Shown one piece after another: positions 18,810 to 29,233 of a stretch of 44,574 nucleotides of DNA. Position 1 is the stretch's first letter. Each line of letters begins with the position of its first letter. The stretch comes from a bacterium. GTDB taxonomy: Bacteria; Patescibacteriota; Saccharimonadia; Saccharimonadales; UBA4665. The DNA lies in the NCBI GenBank assembly GCA_021846765.1, contig JAJZWH010000001.1, forward strand, positions 1-44,574. The letters are read 5' to 3'. The position numbers and the translations under genes are program-made. Below the pieces are notes generated by a model, which did no database searches, was not told the DNA's origin, and was given only the letters and a program-made list of their open reading frames with translations.

Positions 18810-20244
18810 AAAATCCAAAGCCTACATAAGACACAAACAATTACCAATCAGCAAACAAGATCAAGGATGGTTGCTTATTTCGGCCATAGTCATGATTCTT
18901 TTCTTGACCGCGGTCGGTTTAACAATTAGTCAATTGGTTATTGTTGAATACCAAGATACTAGAATCGAAGAATACACCCAAAACGCTCAATTAGCTGCTG
19001 AAGCTGGAATTGAACAAAGTGTTGACGAATTAAACGCCAACAGCTCTTTTGCCGGCTACTCTACACCCCAGCAATTTTTCAATAACTCAGTTCAAGGAAT
19101 AGGTTATTTTACTACTACTATTACTACCAATTCTAATGGCACTTCTAAGACAATAGTATCCAAAGCTGATGTCTACCAAACAGCTAACGACACGACTCCA
19201 TCAGCCACTAATGCAATTAAAGTTACCGTTGTCGACACTAGTAGTGCTGGTTATTCAGTAATGTCCGGACCAGGAGGTTTAATTTTAAGCGGCAGCGCTA
19301 ATGTAGTTAACTCAAACGTCTATGTTGGAGGTACAATTACCATGAATGGTGCTGCCAAGATTGGAACTTACAATAAACCTGTGAATGTGGATGTCGGCAA
19401 CGACGCTTGTCCCACGGGACCCGATCCAGGCTCATCATATCCCGAGGTTTGCGACAATGGCACCCAACCAATTAACATGGCTTATAGTACCAATATTTAT
19501 GGCTCAGTTTGCGCAACTGGTCAAACTAGCACTGGCCCAAACAACAACATTCAAGGTGGTAATGGCGGCCAAGGACTAGAATTAGGTTGTACTGCCCCAA
19601 TAGCATCACCGCCTAGCTATAATAGAATGGCTCAAATTGATGCCGTAACCACTACCGCGTCGGGTTCGAGTAACGATTATGTCTGCAATCAATATCCTTT
19701 TAATAGATCTTGGCCAGCCAATCTAGAACTAACCGGCAATGTATCGATAGGTACCAGTTGTAACATAACAATTAATGGAAATGTCTACGTTACTGGCAAC
19801 TTAACTATCGGAGGAGCATCGACCATTACCGTTGCTAATAGTTTAGGGACAACTCGACCTGTAATTATAGTCGATGGGACTATAACTGTTGGTGGGTCCG
19901 CATCAATGGTTACTAATAGTAGTGGTACGGGTATAGAATTTATTAGTTTTGATAGCGCAGATTCATGCACGACTTCAATTACCAATTATTGCTCAACCAT
20001 CTCTGGTAATGCACTCCAACAATCTCAAACAATGCAAAACGTCACTGTCAAAGGAGCGGTAAATGTTCCTGGAATGATTTTTGATGCTTATTGGAGCGAA
20101 GTAACAATTAGCGGTAGCGGGAATGTTGGAGCCGCAACCGGTCAAACAGTTAATCTGGATGGATCAGGTTCTGTACTTTTTGGCACCAACTTAGCTTCTA
20201 GTAGTGGCACTTGGTCAATAACTAGTTACGAACCAGACTATTAA
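18802..20244 (+). CDS. PilX-like large minor pilin with Ser/Thr/Gly/Asn-rich beta-rich domain
   Basis: Likely start ATG 18802; QG|WLLISAIVMILFL (no Glu5), AQLAAEAGIE; overlaps the previous stop. Confidence 0.8.
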   Translation: MFKKSKAYIRHKQLPISKQDQGWLLISAIVMILFLTAVGLTISQLVIVEYQDTRIEEYTQNAQLAAEAGIEQSVDELNANSSFAGYSTPQQFFNNSVQGIGYFTTTITTNSNGTSKTIVSKADVYQTANDTTPSATNAIKVTVVDTSSAGYSVMSGPGGLILSGSANVVNSNVYVGGTITMNGAAKIGTYNKPVNVDVGNDACPTGPDPGSSYPEVCDNGTQPINMAYSTNIYGSVCATGQTSTGPNNNIQGGNGGQGLELGCTAPIASPPSYNRMAQIDAVTTTASGSSNDYVCNQYPFNRSWPANLELTGNVSIGTSCNITINGNVYVTGNLTIGGASTITVANSLGTTRPVIIVDGTITVGGSASMVTNSSGTGIEFISFDSADSCTTSITNYCSTISGNALQQSQTMQNVTVKGAVNVPGMIFDAYWSEVTISGSGNVGAATGQTVNLDGSGSVLFGTNLASSSGTWSITSYEPDY

Positions 20245-20316
20245 ACTTAAGGTCAATAAGATGCTATAATTTTTAATAGAATAAGCATTATTTAAATAAT
20301 TTAACAAAAATATCCG

Positions 20317-20805
20317 ATGATTAAACAAAAACTAAGCAGTAGCAATCGAGGTTTTACCTTAGTAGAACTAATGATTATATTAGTATCTCTAGGTATTATA
20401 GTGGCGATTATTTATCATACGTATTCAGGTATTCAAAACCAATCTATTAATACTAAAAAAGAAACGGCTATTAGAACTCTTCAAGAATCAATAGAAAAAT
20501 TTTATTCTAAAAATATGTATTATCCCAGCCTGGCCAATATTAACAGTAGCGCCTGGCGAAACATTAATATGCCCGGCTTAACCAATACAATGCTTAAAGA
20601 CCCTACTTGGACAACTAAAAATACTTTGTGTAATTTAGAAGGAAAGGCTATTTTATTATCTACTCCTCAACCAGGATGTTACGGTTATTCCCCTACCAAC
20701 AATGGTGCAAGCTGCGCTAACAGCGATAAAACCTGTTCTGAATATACACTAAGTGCCATATTAGAAGGCAATAAAGGACTATATACTTTGCATCAATTAG
20801 ATTAA
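20317..20805 (+). CDS. Type IV pilin-like protein
   Basis: RG|FTLVELMIILVSLG, YYPS, KDP, YTLSAILE. Confidence 0.85.
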   Translation: MIKQKLSSSNRGFTLVELMIILVSLGIIVAIIYHTYSGIQNQSINTKKETAIRTLQESIEKFYSKNMYYPSLANINSSAWRNINMPGLTNTMLKDPTWTTKNTLCNLEGKAILLSTPQPGCYGYSPTNNGASCANSDKTCSEYTLSAILEGNKGLYTLHQLD

Positions 20806-20859
20806 TTTATTTTTATTGTAAAAAGTAAGTTATAATTAACTTAAAAGGCATACGCTTGG

Positions 20860-21969
20860 ATGGGCAAAATACAAAAATTACCAAACTTTTTTAAAGACAG
20901 ACCCCTGTTCGGTCTAGATATAGGCAATGGTTCGTTAAAGGTAATGCAAACTGAACCTGGTTCTAATACTGATGCGATTGGTCAAAGTGCCCGTAATGTC
21001 TGTAGATTAATTGGTTATGGCAGTTGTCATTTTGCCCCAGAGGCAATCAATAATGGGGTAATTATCCAGCCAGAAATAATAGCTGAAGCAGCTAAAAATT
21101 TATTTTCCAGTCATCTTATTGGCGACATTACAACCAATAGAACGTCATTAACTATTCCTTCCTATAGATCTTTTACTAGGTCTTTAATATTACCCGAATT
21201 ATCTGATAAAGAATTAGCTGATGCCATTAATACAGAGGCCGAACAATACATACCAGTTCCTATAGAAAAACTATATATTGACTTTGAACCAATTCGTACA
21301 TTAAAAGACACTAGAGAGTATCTAATGGTAGCGGTGCCTAAAGAAATTGTAGATTCATATATAGACTTAGCGTCAATCGTGGGACTTGAAGTTGTTAGCA
21401 TCGAAACTACCATGAGTTCGGCTGGTCGACTATTTTCTCATGACTACCAAAGCGATGTACCGACTATTATAATTGACTTCGGTTCGCTATCCTCAGATAT
21501 AAGTATTTTTGACAAAGTAATGTTAACTTCAAGTACCGTTCAAGGAGGTGGAGAAGTTTTTACCAAAACTATAGAAAAAACATTAAAAGTTACAGCTCAG
21601 GAAGCTCATATCATTAAAACTCGTTACGGCTTAGGAGTTAGTAAAAGACAAAAGGAAGTTCAAGCTGGTCTTGAACCAGTATTTAATCAAATAGTCAAAG
21701 AAATAAGAAGATTAATTAGATACTATGAAGAAAATTATGGCGCAGAAAGACCGATATCTCAAATTGTTACTCTTGGCGGTGGAAGTAATATACCAGGGCT
21801 AAATGAATTCCTCACCAATCAACTTCGTCTAGCAGTTAGACCTTGTGATCCTTGGCAATATCTTAGGGTAAATAAACTGAAATTACCTACTCATGCCGAT
21901 AAACAAATGTATGCGACAGTCGCAGGATTAAGCATGACCAATCCCAAAGAGGTATTTTCAAATGATTAA
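20860..21969 (+). CDS. pilM: Type IV pilus assembly protein PilM (actin-like)
   Basis: GLDIG, EAEQYIP, IIDFG, LGGGSNIPGL. Confidence 0.9.
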   Translation: MGKIQKLPNFFKDRPLFGLDIGNGSLKVMQTEPGSNTDAIGQSARNVCRLIGYGSCHFAPEAINNGVIIQPEIIAEAAKNLFSSHLIGDITTNRTSLTIPSYRSFTRSLILPELSDKELADAINTEAEQYIPVPIEKLYIDFEPIRTLKDTREYLMVAVPKEIVDSYIDLASIVGLEVVSIETTMSSAGRLFSHDYQSDVPTIIIDFGSLSSDISIFDKVMLTSSTVQGGGEVFTKTIEKTLKVTAQEAHIIKTRYGLGVSKRQKEVQAGLEPVFNQIVKEIRRLIRYYEENYGAERPISQIVTLGGGSNIPGLNEFLTNQLRLAVRPCDPWQYLRVNKLKLPTHADKQMYATVAGLSMTNPKEVFSND

Positions 21970-22570
21970 TTTAATGCCTCCTGAAATAAAAAAATCATAT
22001 TACTATGCTGAGAAAAATGACAAATTAATTAAGTTAGTACTCCTACTTATTATTGGTTTATTGGGAATTGGCATAATCGGAACCTATGGATGGGTTAGTT
22101 TGCATAGATCAATTAATTCCCAAAAGCAAAACGTAGCATATTTAAAAACAAATTTACAAAAGAATAATCTTGTAGCAACAGAAAATCAGGTAACAACTAT
22201 ATCCAATGATTTCTCTTTAGTTGTTAAAGTTTTATCTCAAGAAGTAGTTTTCTCAAAATTATTAACCCAAATGGCCGGAGCACTGCCCAGTGGAGTAAAC
22301 TTAACCAATCTAACTATTAACAACACAACATCTGGTTCGGGATTAGACATTACAGCAGAAGCACTCAATTACAACCTAGCAACACAAGTACAAGTCAATT
22401 TAGCCGACCCGGTAAATGGTATTTTCTCTAAAGTAGATATAGTCAATATTAGCTGTAATAGTCAAACATCCTCAGGCACAGTGGCCACTTATCCTTGTAT
22501 TGTTAACCTTAGAGCTGAATTTGCTAAAAACAACCAGTTTCTATTTATTAATCAAGGGACTAGCAAATAA
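21962..22570 (+). CDS. pilN: PilN-like protein
   Basis: N-terminal INLMP motif, TM helix, LPSGV; follows pilM. Confidence 0.8.
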   Translation: MINLMPPEIKKSYYYAEKNDKLIKLVLLLIIGLLGIGIIGTYGWVSLHRSINSQKQNVAYLKTNLQKNNLVATENQVTTISNDFSLVVKVLSQEVVFSKLLTQMAGALPSGVNLTNLTINNTTSGSGLDITAEALNYNLATQVQVNLADPVNGIFSKVDIVNISCNSQTSSGTVATYPCIVNLRAEFAKNNQFLFINQGTSK

Positions 22571-23184
22571 TGAAGTTGAAAATTAATAGTCAAACAATTT
22601 ATTACCTAATGATTAGTCTAGTAGTCCTTATTGTTATTATTAGTCTTATAGCAACGAACGAAATTGTCAGTTTATTGGGTCAGCAAACAAATTCATTAAT
22701 ATCTCTAAAAGCCCAGAGTCAAGCCTTGACTAGTGAACAAGCCAATTTAGTTATAGCTAAAAAAGATGTTCTTAAATATTCTTCATTAGAAAAAATAACT
22801 CAATCAATCGTACCCCAAAATAAAGATCAAGCCCAAGCAGTCAGAGAAATAGTTAATCTGGCTCAACAAAATAATATAACCCTTAACTCTATAATTTTTC
22901 CAACTTCAACACTAGGTAACACAATTCAACCCAGCTCTAAGCTCTCCCTGTCCCAACTTACTCCAGTCAAAGGAATACCGCGAGTATACACACTGCCAAT
23001 TCAAGTACAAGTTAACCAAACAAATGATGCTGTCAGCTATGGTAGTTTTTATAATTTCTTAACAGACCTTGAACAAAACAGATTAACTTCTCAGGTTACC
23101 AGTTTAACCATTCAACCCCTAGCAACAAATCCCAAGCTAATTACCTTTTCGCTAACAATAAATGAATATATAAAACCATTATGA
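22570..23184 (+). CDS. PilO-like protein
   Basis: TM, coiled coil, FYNFLTDLEQNRL; position after pilN. Confidence 0.7.
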   Translation: MKLKINSQTIYYLMISLVVLIVIISLIATNEIVSLLGQQTNSLISLKAQSQALTSEQANLVIAKKDVLKYSSLEKITQSIVPQNKDQAQAVREIVNLAQQNNITLNSIIFPTSTLGNTIQPSSKLSLSQLTPVKGIPRVYTLPIQVQVNQTNDAVSYGSFYNFLTDLEQNRLTSQVTSLTIQPLATNPKLITFSLTINEYIKPL

Positions 23185-23477
23185 ATAAAACTAAAAAACC
23201 AACAACCAACCAAAATATTCAAGCTATTGCCATTAAGCTTAAAAAATTTGCATGGTTAATTATATTAATCTTTTTCTTGATTATTTATGGATATATATAC
23301 CTGAAGATTAATAGTTTCGAAAGCCAACAACCATCATCGTCGGCCATTAGTTCTGACTTAAAAACTAGCGTTCAGCCAACTATTAACCCTAAGGTTGTTC
23401 AACAACTAGAAACACTTAAAAACAACTCGGTTAGCGTACAGGCATTATTTAATCAAGCTCGACACAATCCATTTTAA
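23181..23477 (+). CDS. Small bitopic pilus-associated protein
   Basis: One TM, C-terminal RHNPF; last gene of the pilMNO operon. Confidence 0.6.
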   Translation: MNKTKKPTTNQNIQAIAIKLKKFAWLIILIFFLIIYGYIYLKINSFESQQPSSSAISSDLKTSVQPTINPKVVQQLETLKNNSVSVQALFNQARHNPF

Positions 23478-23490
23478 ATTTTAGTAATAG

Positions 23491-24525
23491 TCAAATTAAG
23501 GAAGCTTGATTGTTATCCTGGTTATTAATTTTGCCTAAATGGATGTAGGATTTAGAAGTTACTTTTCTTCCCCTAGGCGTACGTTCCAATAGACCTATCT
23601 GTAATAAATAAGGTTCTATCATATCCTCAATAGTCGTTCTTTCTTCGGCGGTAATAGCTGCTAAAGTTTCAACTCCAACCGGACCTCCATTGTAGTTATC
23701 AATTATAGTAGCTAGCAATAAACGATCAGTAGGATCTAGACCAAGCTCATCTATATCTAATAATTCCAAAGCTTTATAAGCCGTATCAGAGTCTATAATT
23801 CCGTCTCCATTAATATCCGCAAAATCTCTAACTCTCTTTAGCAACCGATTAGAAATCCTTGGTGTTAAACGAGACCTAACAGCTAATATATTGGCTGCCG
23901 ATGATTCAATTTTAACATTTAAAATCTTTGCTGCTCGATTAATAATTGCTTCAATCTGAGGAATAGTATAAAAATCTAAACGATGCACCAACCCAAATCT
24001 ATCTCTTAGCGGAGCTGCAATCGCTCCGCTTCTTGTTGTTGCTCCAATAATCGTAAAGTGTGGTAAATCGAGTCTTAAACTTCTAGCCGATGGCCCCTTG
24101 CCGATCATAATATCTAACTTAAAGTCTTCCATGGCTGTATATAAAACTTCCTCAACAGTTCGATGTAAACGATGAATTTCGTCTATAAATAAAATATCTC
24201 CATCAGAAAGATTAGTTAATAAACTAGCTAAATCACCTGGTCTTTCGACTGCCGGTCCGCTAGTAATCCTAATCTGAGCATTCATTTCGTTGGCAATCAC
24301 ACTGGCCATAGTAGTTTTGCCTAAGCCAGGAGGTCCATAGAGCAAGACATGATCCAATTGTTCATTTCTTTTTTGAGCAGCAGCAATAGCTAGCTTTAAA
24401 TTGTCCTTTAATCGATCTTGGCCAATATAGCTATTAAAATCCTTGGGTCTAAGGGTATTCTCTATTAACGAATCATCATTTTCTAATTCATTATCCGATT
24501 TGGAATTAACTATTCGATCTATCAT
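23491..24525 (-). CDS. ruvB: Holliday junction branch migration helicase RuvB
   Basis: [36 protein letters not shown]. Confidence 0.98.
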   Translation of the reverse strand: MIDRIVNSKSDNELENDDSLIENTLRPKDFNSYIGQDRLKDNLKLAIAAAQKRNEQLDHVLLYGPPGLGKTTMASVIANEMNAQIRITSGPAVERPGDLASLLTNLSDGDILFIDEIHRLHRTVEEVLYTAMEDFKLDIMIGKGPSARSLRLDLPHFTIIGATTRSGAIAAPLRDRFGLVHRLDFYTIPQIEAIINRAAKILNVKIESSAANILAVRSRLTPRISNRLLKRVRDFADINGDGIIDSDTAYKALELLDIDELGLDPTDRLLLATIIDNYNGGPVGVETLAAITAEERTTIEDMIEPYLLQIGLLERTPRGRKVTSKSYIHLGKINNQDNNQASLI

Positions 24526-24548
24526 CTAACTGCTATTTTAACAGCTTA

Positions 24549-25370
24549 TTAAGGAACAAGCTCAGGATTCCAACAAGTTCTTAAGTTTTTATCTTGTTTT
24601 TTGAGTAAATCAATTTCCACATTACTTAATTTAAAATTAAATATATCAATATTTTCTTTAATTCTATCTGGATTCACTGACTTTGGGATAATAACTACTT
24701 CTTGTTGTAGGGCCCAACGTAACATGATTTGAGCGTAACTTTTATTATATTTATCGGACAATTGTTTTATAACCTGATTATCCATAGCTTTAGCGTGTGC
24801 TAAAGGAGAATAAGCTTCCACGACTATTCCCTTTTTTGAACAATACTCTCTTAGTTTTGATTGTTGCAAGAAAACGTGCATCTCAACTTGATTAATTGAT
24901 GGCAATTCTTTTGCATATTCTTCCATGCTTAATAGATGTCTTGGGGTAAAATTACTAACTCCAATTGATTTAGTCAAACCTTGAGTTTTTAATTCTTCAA
25001 CCGTTAACCAAGTTTTTTTTCTTAAGACCGGAACAGGAAAATGGAGTAACAATAAATCAACATAGCTAATATCTAAATTTTTTAAAGATTGCTCAAAGCT
25101 TTTACGACTTTTTTTGTCTCCAAAATTTTGAACAGCTATTTTAGTAGTTATAAAAATTTCCTGTCGACTAATTTTAGATTGTTTAATGGCTCGCCCCAAA
25201 TAAGCTTCATTGTGATAAGCTTGGGCAGTATCGAAATGACGATAGCCTGCTTCAATAGCTGCATTAAAGGCCTTGGAAAATTTTTTTTCATCAGTTATTT
25301 GCCATAAACCTAGCCCTACTTGAGGTATAGAATTGCCGTCATTTAACTTTATTAGTGGTACTTTAATCAC
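24549..25370 (-). CDS. Aldo/keto reductase
   Basis: GYRHFDTAQAY, FITTK, DLLLLHFP, SIGVSNF, AYSPL, IIPKS. Confidence 0.93.
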   Translation of the reverse strand: MIKVPLIKLNDGNSIPQVGLGLWQITDEKKFSKAFNAAIEAGYRHFDTAQAYHNEAYLGRAIKQSKISRQEIFITTKIAVQNFGDKKSRKSFEQSLKNLDISYVDLLLLHFPVPVLRKKTWLTVEELKTQGLTKSIGVSNFTPRHLLSMEEYAKELPSINQVEMHVFLQQSKLREYCSKKGIVVEAYSPLAHAKAMDNQVIKQLSDKYNKSYAQIMLRWALQQEVVIIPKSVNPDRIKENIDIFNFKLSNVEIDLLKKQDKNLRTCWNPELVP

Positions 25371-25375
25371 TTGAA

Positions 25376-25957
25376 CTATTTCCTTTCTTTTAATGCTTTA
25401 GTTATTCGTTGTTCTAGGGATAAATTTTGATCAATAGTACTTAAGGCTGTTCGAGCATCATAAATAGAATAGCCGAGACTAACCAAAGCTTGAACCGCTT
25501 CATCATCGTCCCCGTCGCCACTTCTATTGACAATCGCTTCGGCTGTCATAGAAGACATTAGCCCAACTTTATCCCTAAGCTCAACTATAATCTGTTCTGC
25601 AGCACGTCGACCAACACCTTTAGCTGTTTGCAACAGCTTAGTATCACCACCAGCAATAGCTTGCTTAACACTATCGACCGAACCGATATTAAGAACAGCC
25701 AGAGCAACTCTTGGGCCAACATTTTTAACAGATAATAGCTTTTCAAATAATTGCTTCTCGATCAAAGACTGAAAGCCATATAGATCATGAACATCTTCCT
25801 TTAATTGTTCGTAAATATATAATTTCTGTTCTTTGCCAGTTTCTATTTTTGCTATTTCCATATCTGTTAGAAAAACTTCATAACCGAGACCGTATGTATT
25901 AACTACAATTCGATCAATTAACTTTTCTTCAACTAGTCCTGTGATTGAGGCAATCAT
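25376..25957 (-). CDS. ruvA: Holliday junction DNA-binding protein RuvA
   Basis: GLGYEV, LYGF, VKNVGPR, KGVGRRAAEQIIVELRDK, ALVSLGY. Confidence 0.95.
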   Translation of the reverse strand: MIASITGLVEEKLIDRIVVNTYGLGYEVFLTDMEIAKIETGKEQKLYIYEQLKEDVHDLYGFQSLIEKQLFEKLLSVKNVGPRVALAVLNIGSVDSVKQAIAGGDTKLLQTAKGVGRRAAEQIIVELRDKVGLMSSMTAEAIVNRSGDGDDDEAVQALVSLGYSIYDARTALSTIDQNLSLEQRITKALKERK

Positions 25958-25994
25958 TAATACTTATTATGTCACACTTTAAGATGATTAATGG

Positions 25995-26486
25995 TCAGGT
26001 TATAAACTGAGCATGAGTAATAGCTGCAGCTAGAGCATCTGCTGCATCATCAGGTTTAGGAATTTGTTCTAAAGTTAAGAGTATCTTAACCATTTCTTGG
26101 ACTTGTTTTTTATCTGCTCTGCCATATCCAGTTATAGCCATCTTAATCTGCAGTGGTGTATATTCTGCAATCTCTAATTTTGCTTGGACTCCAGCTAGTA
26201 AAATAACTCCTCTAGATTGAGCAACAGTCATAGCAGTAGTAACATTACGAGCAAAATATAGTTTTTCAATGCTTAACCATTGAGGTTTATATTCTTCTAT
26301 CAACTGTCTAACTTCATCGTATATTGTTAACAGCCTAAGTTCGGCAGCCTGATTAGCTGGCGTTCTAATAACTCCTGCATCCACTAATCTTAGATTTTTA
26401 CTGTCTGCTTCAATAAAACCAAAGCCTACAATTCCCGTACCTGGATCTATGCCTAAAATCTTTACATTTGATTGATAGTCTTTCAA
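25995..26486 (-). CDS. ruvC: Crossover junction endodeoxyribonuclease RuvC
   Basis: ILGIDPG, IEKLYF, EYTP, TGYGRADK, DDAADALA. Confidence 0.96.
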   Translation of the reverse strand: MKDYQSNVKILGIDPGTGIVGFGFIEADSKNLRLVDAGVIRTPANQAAELRLLTIYDEVRQLIEEYKPQWLSIEKLYFARNVTTAMTVAQSRGVILLAGVQAKLEIAEYTPLQIKMAITGYGRADKKQVQEMVKILLTLEQIPKPDDAADALAAAITHAQFIT

Positions 26487-26487
26487 T

Positions 26488-27222
26488 TCAGTTAAGCTTA
26501 ACTAATATATCCTCAGGTATATCAAAATTAACATAAGTATTAGTAACATCATCTAAGTCATCTAATGCTTCCATTAATCTTAGTACTTTACCAGCAGTAT
26601 TTAAATCATCTATTTTAACCATATTAGTTGGTACATAAGTTAATTCTGCATCAACTACATTGAAACCACCGTTAAAAAAAGCCAATCTAACTTTATTTAA
26701 ATCTTTAGGATCGGTATAAATAATCGTTCCATCTTCTTCATCAATAATATCGTCAGCTCCTGCTTCAACAGCAGCCTCTAAAACTAAATCACCTTTTTCC
26801 GCTACTCTAATTAATCCTCGTCTTTCAAACTGAAAAGATACACTACCCTTTTCCGCTAAATTACCTCCATGTTTAGAAAATGCAAGTCTAACATCAGGAT
26901 ATGTACGATTTATATTATCTGTCATGCACTCCACCATAATAGCTACCCCACCAGGACCATAGCCTTCATATAACAATTCCTGTAATTGAGTAGCGTCTTT
27001 GTCTTTTTGTCTATCAATCGCTCTTTGAATATTAGACATTGGCATATTAGCAGCCTTAGCTTTATCAATTGCTAGACGTAATGAAAAATTAGTTTCTGGA
27101 TCAGTGCCATTTCTTGCAGCCACAGCAATAGTATTACCTAATCTGGTAAAAACAGCGCCACGAGCTGCATCTTTCACCCCCTTTTGTCGCTTAATAGTAG
27201 ACCATTTACTATGACCGCTCAT
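26488..27222 (-). CDS. yebC: YebC/PmpR family protein
   Basis: MSGHSKWSTIKRQK, YEGYGPGG, LDDLDDV. Confidence 0.96.
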   Translation of the reverse strand: MSGHSKWSTIKRQKGVKDAARGAVFTRLGNTIAVAARNGTDPETNFSLRLAIDKAKAANMPMSNIQRAIDRQKDKDATQLQELLYEGYGPGGVAIMVECMTDNINRTYPDVRLAFSKHGGNLAEKGSVSFQFERRGLIRVAEKGDLVLEAAVEAGADDIIDEEDGTIIYTDPKDLNKVRLAFFNGGFNVVDAELTYVPTNMVKIDDLNTAGKVLRLMEALDDLDDVTNTYVNFDIPEDILVKLN

Positions 27223-27286
27223 ATACTATCCTTCTTAATACCATTTTACATCTGTTATTTTAGCACACAAGAATAACTTATAGACA

Positions 27287-27314
27287 TTGACTTTTTATAT
27301 CAACCAAGGATAAT
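27287..27314 (+). promoter_or_regulatory. Promoter TTGACT-16-GATAAT for tRNA-Lys
   Basis: ttgact 27287-27292, gataat 27309-27314. Confidence 0.5.
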
Positions 27315-27335
27315 GAAAGAAGTTATTTAAACTAA

Positions 27336-27412
27336 GGGCCCATAGCTCAGCCGGTTAGAGCACCTGCCTTTTAAGCAGGGTGTCGTGGGTTCGAGTCCCA
27401 CTGGGCCCTCCA
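27336..27412 (+). tRNA. tRNA-Lys(TTT); integration hotspot
   Basis: gggccca/tgggccc acceptor, cctgc-cttttaa-gcagg, GGTTCGAGTCC, ends ...GGGCCCTCCA. Confidence 0.96.
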
Positions 27413-27495
27413 ATCTATCCCGAGTTAAAAACTATCGCAACTAAGAGAGGGAGTATATAAAGTCCTTAGCGGGAATAATCTGCTAAAATATTCTT

Positions 27496-28152
27496 GTGAC
27501 CAACCAACAAATAATTCAACAAACCAAAGATTACGTAGAAAAACAATTCAGTGGCGAGGGAACTGGCCATGACTGGTGGCATATGTATAGGGTCTGGAAA
27601 CTAGCAAAACATATAACCTCCAAAGAATCTAAAGCTGATATGTTTGTGGTTGAGTTAGGTGCTTTGCTCCATGATATTGCAGATTGGAAATTCAATGATG
27701 GCGATATGGAAGCGGGACCAAAAGCTGCTCACAAGTGGCTTGAGTCCTTAGGTGTTAACGAAGACATAATTCAAGCAGTTGAAGACATCATACGTAATGT
27801 TTCATTCAAAGGCGCACAAGTTAAACAAAATATGAATTCACTTGAAGGTCAAATAGTCAGCGATGCTGATAAGCTTGATGCGGTTGGGGCTATTGGGATT
27901 GCCCGAACATTTGCATATGGAGGAGCTCATGATACCCCAATTTATGACCCAAATATAAAACCTGTTAATCATAAAACATTTGAGGAATATAAGAACAGTA
28001 AGTCGCATACCATTAACCACTTTTACGAAAAGTTGTTGCTTCTAAAAGATAAGCTATATACACAAACCGCTAGAGATATTGCCACTCATAGACACGAATT
28101 CATGCAACAATACCTAGATGAGTTCTATAAAGAATGGGATGGTGAGCTTTAG
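27496..28152 (+). CDS. HD-domain phosphohydrolase (YedJ-like); cassette 1
   Basis: HDWWHMYRV, LLHDIAD, DADKLDAVGAIGIARTFAYGG, HFYEKLLLL. Confidence 0.9.
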   Translation: MTNQQIIQQTKDYVEKQFSGEGTGHDWWHMYRVWKLAKHITSKESKADMFVVELGALLHDIADWKFNDGDMEAGPKAAHKWLESLGVNEDIIQAVEDIIRNVSFKGAQVKQNMNSLEGQIVSDADKLDAVGAIGIARTFAYGGAHDTPIYDPNIKPVNHKTFEEYKNSKSHTINHFYEKLLLLKDKLYTQTARDIATHRHEFMQQYLDEFYKEWDGEL

Positions 28153-28170
28153 AAGCCATAAACTTATTAA

Positions 28171-28309
28171 ATAACCCCTACTAGGAATAGACTGAGCTTA
28201 ATCGTTTCTTACTAAGTTGTTCTTGTCTGTATTGATTATCCAAAAGAACTCTCCATCTAAGGAGTTCTTCAACATAAATATATAACTTAATTCCTTGGTG
28301 GGCCTCCAA
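28171..28309. repeat. Arm repeat A, copy 1 (ends TTGGTGGGCCTCCA)
   Basis: Aligns without gaps to 31447-31585 and 32505-32643; minus-strand ORF 28181-28309 LEAHQGIKLYIYVEELLRWRVLLDNQYRQEQLSKKRLSSVYS*. Confidence 0.9.
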
Positions 28310-28419
28310 ATGTTCTTCACAACAGTTTGTAAGATAAGAATATTAGAATTTTAGTTGCATAACTATTGATTCTTGCAGCAATTTGTTTTTCCGTATCTGT
28401 TAAAAGGTCTAATCTTACT
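28309..28419. repeat. Arm repeat B, copy 1
   Basis: aatgttcttcacaacagtttgtaagataagaa...ttttagttgcata... recurs at 29882-29991. Confidence 0.88.
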
Positions 28420-28495
28420 AGGTGTTTTTGTTTGCACTTATCTCAATTAGCTGTTTTGATTGTAAATATTAATAAATAGTTGATAAAATTATCCC

Positions 28496-29233
28496 ATGTC
28501 AGAACAAGTTGATATAAAACAAGTAAACATAGCTTTTGCTGGTCTAACAGCCGCAGGGAAAACAACTCACTCCAAAATATTAGCCGAACAATTAGGTTTT
28601 GAGTATATTTCGGCCACTAAAACCATACTTGATATTATGGGTATGGATAAAGACCCCGATAGAGCCTGGTTAGATAGTTATGATGAAATCGAAAAAGCTC
28701 GTGAAGGTGACAGAGCTGACATTGAACTTGAAGCACGTATGACTGAATTAGCAAATACTCATAGTGGTCTTGTTTTGGATACCTGGGCTATGGCTTGGAT
28801 TTATAATGGCTCAACCCCTATGGTAAGATTATGGATAGAATCAGATGAAGATTCTCGTACTAGAAAGTGCTTTGTATCACAAGGTTCAGATAAACAGCGT
28901 GATTTAGACGCCAGCAGACTGTTAATAAACCAAAAAGATGGTGATACTAGGACTAAATTCATACGAAGACTGGGCTTTGATTTATTTACCGATAGACATC
29001 GATATGATGTTATTGTCGACAATACACAATTAATACCTGAAGCAACGGAAGCGTCAGCTAAAACTGGTATAAAAATATTCTCTCCTGTTGTATTAGCGGC
29101 TGTAAAATACTGCATTAATAAAATCACTAATCCATCTTTTGACATAGACAGTAATTATGCCAAAAATCTTATTAGAAGCTCAAATGGCATGATAATAAGC
29201 TTAGGAAGCGAGCATAAGGAGTCTTATGAGTAA
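28496..29233 (+). CDS. Cytidylate kinase-like P-loop NMP kinase; cassette 2
   Basis: N-terminal AGLTAAGKTT, LAEQLGFEYISA, YDVIVDNT. Confidence 0.75.
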   Translation: MSEQVDIKQVNIAFAGLTAAGKTTHSKILAEQLGFEYISATKTILDIMGMDKDPDRAWLDSYDEIEKAREGDRADIELEARMTELANTHSGLVLDTWAMAWIYNGSTPMVRLWIESDEDSRTRKCFVSQGSDKQRDLDASRLLINQKDGDTRTKFIRRLGFDLFTDRHRYDVIVDNTQLIPEATEASAKTGIKIFSPVVLAAVKYCINKITNPSFDIDSNYAKNLIRSSNGMIISLGSEHKESYE

